Of a DNA stretch of 64,000 nucleotides, positions 26,918-37,709 are shown piece after piece (positions within the stretch are counted from its first letter, which is position 1; the number at the start of each line of letters is the position of its first letter). The notes under the pieces are model-generated. The model was not told the DNA's origin. It ran no database searches and saw only the letters and a program-made list of their open reading frames with translations. Origin of the DNA: Nemertoderma westbladi (Eukaryota; Animalia; Xenacoelomorpha); assembly GCA_032718475.1 (NCBI GenBank), contig JAUCBJ010000533.1, positions 62,001 through 126,000 of the forward strand, read 5' to 3'. The position numbers and the translations under genes are program-made.

Positions 26918-29900
26918 CGACAAATAACGTATCCGATACCGACGAGATGGATCACCACACAGACTCGGAAGCCGACGAGGTACCAAACGTCAAGAACATG
27001 ACCCGTCGGCTAGGGGCTCTCAAAGGCGGAGTAACCCGAGCGTATCAACGGATGGAGAAACAACTCAAGGGAGTCAAAACCCCCCTCAATGAAGTACAAA
27101 CTCAGCTTCAAAGTATCCGAAACATCCTACAGCGGTACGAAAGAATGATACAGGCGTACCAAGAGCTCGTTCCCTCTACCGATCAGGAAAACTACCCCAA
27201 GTTGGAAGAACACGTTGTACATCTAGATGGGTTCCGCAAACAACACCGGAGGACCCTCAGCCTTGTGAGAGGCTATGAAGAACAGTATTACAAGAGGGCT
27301 GAAAGAACAGACGCGGAATCGGTACGATCCTCCAGCATCAGGACAGCAGTACATCGAAAGAGAACGGGGTCCGCTAGAAATCAGCACTCCAGCGCTAGGA
27401 GCGAGATATCCGGCTCAGCGCGCAGTTCTCAAGGGGCGCCGCCACTCCGAGACCAACTACGAGAACGGAAGGCATTAGCCCTCAAAGCTCGGATGGAAGA
27501 TGAGTATATTCAACTGCAAGCCGAACAAGATGTATTAGCCGCCGAAACACAAAAGCGAGAGGCCGAACAAGCGGCCGAACGACAGGCCGAACAACGCGAA
27601 CAGGAGGCCGAACAACATAGACGAGAGGCCGAACAACATAGACGAGAGGACGAACGGCAGGCCGAACAACATAGACGAGAGGCCGAACAGCAGGCCGAAC
27701 AACGTAGACGAGAGGCCGAACAACATAAACGAGAGGACGAACGGCAGGCCGAACAACGCAAACAGGAGGCCGAACAGCAGGCCGAACAACGCAAACAGGA
27801 GGCCGAACAACGCAAACAGGAGGCCAAACAACGCGGACGAGAGGCCGAACGAGACATCGAACAACGTAAATGGGAAGCGGAAATGCGTAAACAACACGCC
27901 GAGGCCCAAGCAATTCTCATCCACAAAAAGAATGCGGATATTGCAAAACTCGCGGAATACGAAGCCGCACTTATAGAACGAGACATTCAACTCTACGAGG
28001 ACTGGGAAAGGGATATAGATCAGGAATACGAACCAATCCCGGTACCGGAATTAGAAAAGTCATTTATACCGACAGCGGCGAAACTTCCGAAACCCGAGAT
28101 CCCGCCTACCAAACAGTCTACGCTATCGGCACAAGCACCGGTGTTCCATCCCCCACCGGCTACGCTAAAGAATGAGGAACCTTATTTCCCATCCAACACC
28201 ACGACAGCGAGTGTACCCAAGTACGAGCCTGAAAAGGACTCAGAACGGGACGCCACTCCCCAGTCTAACAACCCATTTACATCCACACCACAAACTCGTA
28301 GCCGCGTCATTATTAAAACTCCACCTATTATTGATCCATCAAGTATGGGAGTGAGTGCCAATAACTATAACCCTCAGAGTCACTCCAGTTCAGATGACGT
28401 CAGCATCATCCGGGCGTTGGAGAACCGCCTTGCCATGCCTAAGATGGAGATTCGCACCTTCGAAGGAGATCCCGTCGATTACCTCAGATTCAAGAAACGG
28501 TTCTTTGCGCAGATCGGATCAACGGACATAGCCGACGCACAGAAATTGGTATATTTATCGCAATACCTGGGTGACAAACCACGCAGAATTATTGCATGTT
28601 TCGAAGGAGGTTCTCATGAGGCATACTATGACGCATGGAAAACTCTGGATAAAAGATACGGAAATACCGGAACTATAATTAATAAAACTCTAGAGAGACT
28701 GATACAGGACGCGGGATCACTAGGGGACCCACAGAACATACAGGAATTCTCCGACTCTATGAAGGATGCCTACTATACTCTGAAACCTTTGAATAAGGAG
28801 GACCAGGTGAACAACATTCTAAACCTCCGACAGATCGCCCGGAAGTTCCCCGGATGGCTACAAAGTAAGTGGGCTTATAAATGTGTAGACCTCCGGCGCA
28901 GACATCCAGATCGAGATCCTAGCTTCCTTGAAATGTCGGCATTCCTGGACGATATCTCCGAAGCCATGAATGACTCGATGTTTTCAAAACAGAGTCTCGC
29001 AAAGTTGGACGGAATAGAGAGCAACTCCAGGAGTAAGATAACCCCTCCGAAACCGAGATTCCGCCCCCCACCGGTGAGTACGATGGCCATCACCATGGCC
29101 GAAGATTCCGACGACGAAGACTACGAGGAACCGACATCCGCCGAGGAATGGGCATGTTACCTCGCGAGTTGGGCACCCGAAAGAGAAGGCATCACAAATT
29201 CCCTGCTCTGTCTCTTCTGTGGGGAGAAACATAAAGTGGAATTCTGCAGAAAGTTTCAGTTCGCCGAACTCGTCCCACGCTTCGAGGCGATAATGAAACA
29301 CCGAGGATGCTTCCGGTGTCTTGGAACAGGTCACTATGTTCGGGAGTGCGACCAAAGATCATGCTGTGGTGTCTGTAACGACCAACGCCATCACACGCTC
29401 CTCCACATCCCCGCGAACTTCGATTTTACTACCCTCCCCTTTCGGATCGAAGCCAGGCGAAGAGGAGAAACAAACCACGTCTTCAAAGGAACCCGGACAA
29501 CCCAACGGAGAGAAACCAACCCGTTTAAAATCTCCACCGATACACCACAAGTAACAAATATTTCGGCCACGATTAATCTTATAAATTGCCGCTACATGGT
29601 TTTCGCAAAGGTAATCCCAGTAAGGATCCAAGGAGTCGGCAAATCTTTGACGACACTCGCGTTCCTCGATAACGGGTCCGACGGAACCATCATCGACCGG
29701 GATTTCCTCGAGCAACTCGGCCTAGAATATGAGCCTTGTAAACGGCCCATACAAACCATCACCGATAACAGAGAGGTAGAGTCCGGGGAGGTGCAACTCC
29801 AGATGGAAGGAGTGATGAAGGGCTACGAAATGGTTAAGTTAACCATAAAGAACGCCTTGGTACACACAGACCTCCGGGTGCGGTTCCGACAATCAGCCGA

Positions 29901-32900
29901 GTACGCCCCCCTCATACAATTGGACCGGGACGATGTAGACCTGAGGTGTCCGCAGTTGGACATAAACCGTATCACCCTACTGATCGGACTTGATACACCG
30001 GAACTACACATCCCCACCGGAGATATCGCCCGATCTACAAACCAGGATGACGGATTTTATGCTGAACGAACAATAATGGGATGGACACTCTGTGGCATTA
30101 AGGAGGAAACTACGGACACCTATACCTACCTTCCCAAATGCCAGATTAAAGAGAATGCAACCTCCGTGGGTTATTGCTCAGCTTCGGATTTTGACGAAGA
30201 TTTGTTTCTGGAAACCGAGAAAACCCAACGAGAGATGACGAAATATTTTAATTTGGAGACCCAGGAGTTCGCAGAAAAGGACGAAAACCCATCCGAAGAG
30301 GACCAATATTGTATGGACGTTCTCGACCAGGCCATGTTTAAAGACGGACACTGGTGTTCACCTATGTTATGGAAGGACCCAAACAAACCAATGGCAAACA
30401 ACGCCAGCATGGCACTTAGGCGACTTAAAGGGATTCTACGCCGGCTGAATGACCAACCCGAGATAAAGGAGAAATATAATACCGTAATCCAAGGATATCT
30501 CGATGATGGATTAGCAGAAATGGTACCACGGAACGAACTGCAAGGTGGTAAAAGAACATATTATCTCCCAACCCACTATGTAGTAGAAGCCCGCAAAGGT
30601 GGGAAAATCAGAGTGGTAAATGATGCTGCCGCTATGTACCAGGGCGAATCCCTAAACAGTCAACTTTACACGGGACACAACATATATAGCACACTCATCG
30701 GCGTATTGATCAGGTTCAGGGAAAACCAGGTAGCATTCACCTGTGACATCAAGGCCATGTTTCATCAAGTTCGTACGTTACCAAGAGACTCAGACTGTCT
30801 ACGTATCCTATGGACGGATAAAACGCTTACTCAACAGGAGATTAACCAACTCACGATAAAGGACGTAGACGTAATGCGTATGGTCGTCAGGATCTTCGGC
30901 GCTAAGGACTCGCTGGTAGCATGCAGTGACATGCTAAAGAGGACGGCAACTATGTGCGAAAACGAGTTCCCTCCAACCGTCATAAAAACCATTCGACGAT
31001 GCTTCTACGTGGACGACGGATGCGCCGGCGCGGATAATGTGGATGAGGTGTATCGGCTAGCAATGGGGATGGTAGAATGTCTAAAGAAAGGAGGGTTTCC
31101 GCTCGTGAAGTTCAGATCCCACGACAAAACATTTATGGAAAAGTTTCCGGAGGACATCCGGCTGGAAAATAACAAAATGTATTCAGAGGATGTGGAACAT
31201 CGTGTACTCGGGATTGAATGGGACATAGAATCAGACGAATTCATCTTCAAATATAAACCCCTACCCAAGCCTATGACAAAAAGGGGATGTTTGTCGATAA
31301 AAAGCGCCATCTTCGACCCACTAAATTTCATATCTCCAGTAACCTTGGCCGGAATGAACCTGATTAAGGAAATGTGGATAGAAGGACTGGGATAGGACGA
31401 AGAGCTCCCCCCACACCTCAGCGTCAAATGGAGAAAATGGACGGAGCAGCTCGAACACCTACATCTTATGCGGATACCTAGACCGTTCTTCCTCGATAAA
31501 TTACCCACCGATATCTTCCAGCTCCACACCTTTTCGGAGGCTTCGAATACCGGAATCGGCGTAGTCACCTTCTTACGGAGACTAAGTAACGATGGAAACG
31601 GCGATACAAGCTTCTTATTCTCCAAAGCAAAGACAGTATCCGGGGAATTCGTAGCAACAATTCCGAGACTCGAGCTACAAGCTGCAGTTTGGGCAGTAAG
31701 ACAGAATCGCATGGTCATGCGGAACCTACGGATCCCCATAGAATCTCAACACTTCTGGGTAGATTCGAGTATAGTTCTCTATTACCTCCACTCTCCATCA
31801 CGGCATCACACCACGTTTGTTGCAAACCGAGCCACGGAGATTAAACAGTGTACCGGCCGAGAACAGTGGCATCACGTGAACGGGAAGGAAAACCCAGCGG
31901 ACTTATCAAGCCGAGGCGCCACCCCAAAACAACTCGGTAAAAGTAAACTCTGGCTTACAGGCCCGGAATTCCTACAGCAGCCACAATTAACATGGAGTAC
32001 CCGATTCGACCCCGAGCTCGATAGCGGAAAATACTCCGAGGACGATAAAGAGATCCGTAAAGTCCATCGAAGAAACGCGGTGGAAATTTATAGTTGTCTG
32101 ACTGAGCCTGCAAAGGACTCGGGCAGGCACTATAACGTCGCGACGATCACTCAACTAGCGGCGCCTTTACATCGGTTGATCGAGCGAACTTCATCCATGA
32201 GACGGCTCGTCCACCACGTTATAACCCTTCGCAACTTCCTACGGTGGAAAAACAACAAACCGATAGTTCAACGGAATATACAAGAACTTATTATCGCGGA
32301 GAAGTGTATTGTTAGATATGTCCAGAAAGAAAGTTTCCCCGATGAATGGGAACAACTTAGTGCGGGCAAAACGTTGAAACCGGACAGCCCAGTCTATCAA
32401 CTGAGACCAATGATGGGAGAGGACGGACTGATCCGACTGAATACCCGGATGGCAAACGCCCCGGTCGAATATGAGGTTAAATACCCGGCGCTTCTGCCCG
32501 GAACGTCGACACTAGCTAAGCTATTAATTCTACAATGTCACGAGGACAACCACCACGCAGGACAGAATTGGATTATAGCTAATATAAGACAAAGATATTG
32601 GATCACCCACATCCAGCCACTGATCCTGAAAGTGTTGAAACGTTGCTTCACCTGCAGACGTTACCTAGCGCCACCAATCACCCAAAAGATGGCCGACTTA
32701 CCAGCCACCCGTCTACAAGCGGATTCCCCACCATTCTACGTCACCGGAGTGGACTGTTTCGGACCGTTCACGGTTATTGAATGACGATCCAACATCAAAT
32801 GCTGGGGAGCCATCTTCACCTGCCTAAGGTCTCGGGCAATTTACCTAGATATCGTGGTAAATCTGACACAACACGCATTCATCAACGCTCTGCGTCGGTT

Positions 32901-33711
32901 CGTGGCGAACAACGGGACATGCCGCCACATGTATTCCGATAATGGTACAAACTTTGTGGGAGGAGAAAGAGAACTTAGAGAGGCGATCGAGGGATGGTTT
33001 ACCGATAACACCGCATCCCAAGTCTGGAAGGAACACCAGATACAGTGGCACTTCCAGACCCCCTTAGCACCCCATACGAGCGGGGTAAGGGAGAAACTGA
33101 TCGACCTAGTGAAACGATCCATGCGCGTCGCTCTAGGCGATACCCGGGTAACCCATGACACCCTCCGCACAACATTCTGCGAGATCACGGCTACCCTGAA
33201 CAACCGACCCATTGTTCCTATCCGCGACGACCCCACAGACCTGGAGCCCCTCACTCCTAACCACTTACTGGGGAGACCCAAAACCCACGTCCTCCCAGAA
33301 ACCATGTTCCCGGATCCCAATGAGATCGCGAAACATACGAACTGGAAAAAGGCCCAAGCGTTGGCAGCGCATTGGTGGAGAATTTGGGCCCAGGAGTATC
33401 TCATAACCCTCCGGACCAGGAGGAAATGGAACAACACCTACAGGAACGTCGCAGTTGGCGACATGGTACTAGTTAGAGAAGATCTCAAAGACCGCGTTCA
33501 CTGGCCTGTGGCGCGGGTCGTGACCATACACCCAAGCAAAGACGGACTTGCGAGGACTGTGACGATACGAACGAAATCGGGCCACTACCAACGCCCTATC
33601 CAGAAGCTGTGCCTTCTTGAAGGCAATGACAGTGGTGATTCTACGAGAGGTGATAAGTTCCCTACTCAAGATCCTGCTGCGGACATCGGTGACAATGACA
33701 AATGCGTTTAA
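26914..33711 (+). pseudogene. BEL/Pao gag-pol polyprotein with two in-frame stops
   Basis: ORFs 26914, 31468 and 32854 share one frame. Motifs: DUF1759-like gag (FEGDPVDYLRF), triple Cys/His knuckle (CLFC..H, CFRCLGTGH, CGVC...HHTLLH), protease FLDNGS, RT (DIKAMFHQV, FYVDD), RNase H (LHTFSEAS, IPRLELQAA, NPADLSSRG) and integrase (GVDCFGP, SDNGTNF, LTPNHLL). Stops at 31393-31395 (TAG at a conserved W) and 32782-32784 (TGA). Confidence 0.95.
27560..27880 (+). repeat. coding tandem repeat in gag (EAEQRKQ/QAEQ coiled coil)
   Basis: GAGGCCGAACAA-based in-frame units of 12, 21 and 33 bp. Confidence 0.85.
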
Positions 33712-33994
33712 ACCCTTCTCATCATGTTGACAAACTCTTTTTAAACTGTGATTTACTGACAATGAGTTATGGACCCCCCTTAAACCAACTGTAACCACGC
33801 AATGGTATTTGTGTTTCCCCGTGTGTTATGTGGAGTCCAGCGTCACCCTGCAGATGTTTCGGCTGACGCAGGGTCGTTTATGTTTTGTTTACCCTGATTT
33901 TGGTCATCAGGACCTACGATATTGGATTATTGGAAATGGAAAAGATTTGAAGTGGAATTCATTGTATTCATTGCAGTATGTTATGTTGTCCGTT

Positions 33995-34410
33995 GCGTGC
34001 GCAGTTCGGGGCGTAGGCGGTGTAACGAGTCCAGCTGTAGATCCTGGATTGCCGCGCAACACCCCCTCTATCCCGTTATTCTGGTGGGTCCATGGTGCAT
34101 CCACATGACTTCGACGATAGAGGGTTTTATGTTCTCAGTCGCGTTATTCTGGTGGGACCGTTGCGTGGATTTTGGGGCGTAGGCGGTGTAACGAGTCCAG
34201 CTGTAGATCCCAGAATGTTGCGTAACCCCATCCCACATGACTTCGTAGACTGAGCTGTATGTTGTTGGGAGTGTTATTCTGGTGGGTCCCTGGTGCATCC
34301 ACGTGACTTCACTCCCAGCGTCTTCATTGTCCATTACGTGCGCAGTTTGAGGCGTAGGCGGTGTAACGAGTCCAGCTGTAGATCCCAGATTGCCGCGTAA
34401 CACCCCTTCC
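33995..34410 (+). repeat. three degenerate direct repeats between pol and the extra ORF
   Basis: GGCGTAGGCGGTGTAACGAGTCCAGCTGTAGATCC occurs near 34010, 34176 and 34351. GTTATTCTGGTGGG also occurs three times. Confidence 0.85.
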
Positions 34411-34943
34411 ACGACAAAGATTAACCAAAGAAAATGATTCAATATAGTTGGATCAGACAACTCTACTATAAACCTGAATGATGACGCGTATGCTGATGAA
34501 AATGAAATGATGCGCACCCTGGTGCTGCGCTTATAACCAATGATGATAGCCGGGGGGCTATAAACCCAATGATGATGTGGAAATAAATAAATGTGAAATA
34601 AATGGTGGAACTAAATGATGAAATATATGTGGAAATAAATGAAATGAGATGAAATAATAATGAAATGAAAAAAGAAAAAAAAAAGGTATAAAAAAGTCTA
34701 AAGAAAAGAATTAGAAAAAAGAAAAGGACAAAAAAGTCATAAAAAACTGGTTGGATATTAATGTATAGCTATAGTAACTGTAAATGCTGAATGTATTAGC
34801 AATAAGATGATAGATGCCTATATAGCAATGTTATTAATAAACTGAATTAAATAAAAAACTGAATTATTCTGCTATCGCTATAGTTTCAGACTTTCTGGAC
34901 TTATAATTAACTGATCTAATTTGTAACGGATATAATCGTAAAT

Positions 34944-37544
34944 ATGGACCCAAATCGCCAAATTATCGGCGAATTACGTAACACGATAGATCTACTGGAA
35001 TATTCGCAACCCGGATCCCCTGACTTTGATACAAATTGGAGCACCCTGCTAAATGAGAACGTGCGAGTCATTAAATTCACCGGGCGAGAGGGACCGGATT
35101 CTAAGAATCTACGAGCCCTCCGGTTAGCCGATGCTAGTACGAGACTGAAAAGAACTCGGAACGCAAAGGCAACCGGAGGGGACGATTCGTCGTTTTGGGA
35201 AACGTTCCGGCAGAGCGTTTACAGATCCCGATGTTTGATCTACGACAACGAAGGAAACGCGACGCCCACCTCGAAAGCGATTACATTGGCGAGATGTCAA
35301 AGTTTCGTCGACGACAAGAGTACGTACCTCGCCCACTGGGGAAACCTGTCAGAGTGTATGGCGACGCTTCGAGAGGAACGCGTATCGATTATCCAGAACC
35401 GAGACGACTACCAGGAAAAGTACGGGGCGAAAGAATACGGTCGATCCTTAGTCGTCGTCCTCGGAACCCTGGACGGTTTGGTACTGGTGTGCCGAATATT
35501 CCCGACACCCAGACAGGAAGTGCAGGCAGCCGGAGCGATCTGGTTGCTGCCTCCGGAAATCCAAAAGATCCTCTTCGACTTCGACGTCATTAAAATCGGG
35601 TCAGATATCAAGGCGGACGTCCGGAACGACTACGCGAACGCTCCTGCAGGAAGAAACCGACGAGACGACCTCAACGCCCTTAGCCATTGCATCGACACTC
35701 AAACGCTACTAGCCTGGTTACGATTCGCCGAGTTCATGCGAGGATTCGAAGAGGTGAGACCGACGAAATCAGGGATCGGCTACCTCGCTGTGCTCAACGG
35801 CGGTATCGACTTCAAACCCCAGAAATTCCGGGACTATAATAAAATATACGGTGGATACCCGGGATTAGAAATAAAGAGCGAGCGAGAGGGTCGATGGAAG
35901 GACGTTGATCGGAAGTGGACGATACACCAAAGGTGGGAGAATCCCGATCGACGGAACTACGTTTACGTCGTTATGGAGTGCTACACCGTCGCTAAGTTTA
36001 TCTGTAAAACTCTCGATAACCTTATTACGGCGGTCCCCCTTTCCTTCGTCGACTACGACTGGAACGAGGTCATACACCACGCGTTCAAAGCGGTCGAGAA
36101 CATCGCACCGGGAGAGACTAAAACGCTCGCCGTTATCGATTCCTGGGACGAGAGCGGACCCTACGACATCCCTACGATTACCGAACTTCTCGGTGCGGAG
36201 GAGCCTCTGATCTCTTCGGAAGGGGAAGAGATATGGCTAAACGAGGGTGTTCTACTCTCCACCCCGAAGCGACAACTCGAGCCGGAGGCCGCGTATGGAC
36301 CGGCCGCCAAACGGGTTGCCTCGGCCGAATCGATGAAGAGAGCAGGCGTTTACACCCCACGCGGCTCCGGTAGCCCCGCGAGGGAGGTAGCTACTACAGC
36401 TGCATTGAGCGACTTCGGCGACATATGCCAACGGTTATCCCCGTATCCTTTCCCGGGTGGCGAAGATTGGTCGTCGGAGATTCCGAGTACCAGCCACCAA
36501 CGGACCCGCGCAGCGATACTGATCGAGGAGGGCCCCAGTGATGCGCCGACCCCCGACGATCTCCTCGGTATCCCTCCGTCTAAAACCCCGGCACCTCTTC
36601 GCCGACCAGCGGTGGCTACTACACCCGCCGTTCCTCAGGACCCTATGCGACTAACCCGTTGGTACGCCGAGCAAACTGAATGGATCCACCGCCAGAAACG
36701 GTCATCCGAGTTGAGACCAGCGGGATACAAAGAAGGTTATCGGAGCGAGAACCTACTACGCAAAAGCCTAGCATTCCGCGGGCTACCGACCACCGCGAAT
36801 ATTCCGAAGAGCGACCGACGACTCGAGTATCACGTCGGCGTCCCGATTCCGATATTTCCTGGTCGAGAGATGCAGTTGGAGGTATGCGGCGACTGTGGTT
36901 CGGAGCAGTGCCCACGCGGCAGAAGGAATCGGGTTACCGATTCATGCCTACAGCTCCTCGGGATACTCTATTGCCCATACTGCGCGACATCGGGCCACGA
37001 CGTTTCCGTCTGTCCGATCCTTTATAACCTCTGCACCACGTGCGGTTTCCGTGGACATTCCTCTAGCCCCCGCTGCTATATCAAATGTCCAACCAAAGAC
37101 GTTACCGCTATGGGAAATATGGTCATGTTTGAAACATACGCAAACAGCCACTTAAAGACCAAGGTTCGGAGAAACGCTCGGAATATTGCGCAGGAGATGG
37201 CGTGCGGGTATTTCTCCTTCCCGGAACACCTCCACACGTCGGCCACACTACCTTTCCATTACGTGGATCTGCTACTGAGCGCCGGATTATTCGGGCCATT
37301 TGAAGTCATTAGACGATTATACTCGTATAAAGAGGAGTTCGGTGACGGAGAATGGTTCCTAGAGGCACGCAAGTCTGAGTTGGAAAGACGAACCGACATG
37401 ATCCCTATGCCTTCGAAAGGAAGAGCCGCCAGGAGACAAGCCGAAGCGTTACTCACAATGGATGTTGACGCTCCTCTACCAGCCATAGCGATCGATGAGA
37501 GTCGACGGGCGAAGAGACGAAAGGCGTATCAGAGAAAGAAATAG
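34944..37544 (+). CDS. retrotransposon extra ORF: DEDDy-like (WRN/EXD/MUT-7-type) 3'-5' exonuclease domain plus CCHC zinc knuckles
   Basis: 866-aa open frame. ExoI LIYDNEG (D101, E103). LPPEIQKILFDFDVIKIGSDIKAD (ExoII D225) matches the WRN-exo pattern LPxxLxxLLxDxxIxKVGxxIxxD, followed by CIDTQ and SGIGYL. ExoIII W......YVYVVME (Y341, E345). Knuckles CPYCATSGHDVSVC and CTTCGFRGHSSSPRC. Confidence 0.75.
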   Translation: MDPNRQIIGELRNTIDLLEYSQPGSPDFDTNWSTLLNENVRVIKFTGREGPDSKNLRALRLADASTRLKRTRNAKATGGDDSSFWETFRQSVYRSRCLIYDNEGNATPTSKAITLARCQSFVDDKSTYLAHWGNLSECMATLREERVSIIQNRDDYQEKYGAKEYGRSLVVVLGTLDGLVLVCRIFPTPRQEVQAAGAIWLLPPEIQKILFDFDVIKIGSDIKADVRNDYANAPAGRNRRDDLNALSHCIDTQTLLAWLRFAEFMRGFEEVRPTKSGIGYLAVLNGGIDFKPQKFRDYNKIYGGYPGLEIKSEREGRWKDVDRKWTIHQRWENPDRRNYVYVVMECYTVAKFICKTLDNLITAVPLSFVDYDWNEVIHHAFKAVENIAPGETKTLAVIDSWDESGPYDIPTITELLGAEEPLISSEGEEIWLNEGVLLSTPKRQLEPEAAYGPAAKRVASAESMKRAGVYTPRGSGSPAREVATTAALSDFGDICQRLSPYPFPGGEDWSSEIPSTSHQRTRAAILIEEGPSDAPTPDDLLGIPPSKTPAPLRRPAVATTPAVPQDPMRLTRWYAEQTEWIHRQKRSSELRPAGYKEGYRSENLLRKSLAFRGLPTTANIPKSDRRLEYHVGVPIPIFPGREMQLEVCGDCGSEQCPRGRRNRVTDSCLQLLGILYCPYCATSGHDVSVCPILYNLCTTCGFRGHSSSPRCYIKCPTKDVTAMGNMVMFETYANSHLKTKVRRNARNIAQEMACGYFSFPEHLHTSATLPFHYVDLLLSAGLFGPFEVIRRLYSYKEEFGDGEWFLEARKSELERRTDMIPMPSKGRAARRQAEALLTMDVDAPLPAIAIDESRRAKRRKAYQRKK

Positions 37545-37700
37545 TGGATCGGGATATTCCAGGAACATTTATCGAACATTTATTTTTATACAAACTCTAG
37601 GCCAAATTAATTAAAAACTATGCAATATTAAATTTGGGTTTTTTATATTGGGAATGACCTACGCAAACTCAATCGACCGACAGACTTCACGAAGGTCATT

Positions 37701-37709
37701 GGGGGGGAC
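37701..37709 (+). other. polypurine tract
   Basis: GGGGGGGAC immediately before the 3' LTR. Confidence 0.8.

Noticed and set aside
27482-27990. three antisense ORFs of 143-158 aa
   Set aside because: They are shadows of the in-frame gag coiled-coil repeat.
31393-31395. programmed stop-codon readthrough in pol
   Set aside because: TAG replaces a conserved Trp inside the RT/RH connection. A second stop and altered conserved residues (FSEAS for FxDAS, GVREK for GxWER) indicate decay.
34944-37544. env glycoprotein
   Set aside because: There is no signal peptide, fusion peptide or C-terminal transmembrane segment, and the C-terminus is basic and NLS-like.
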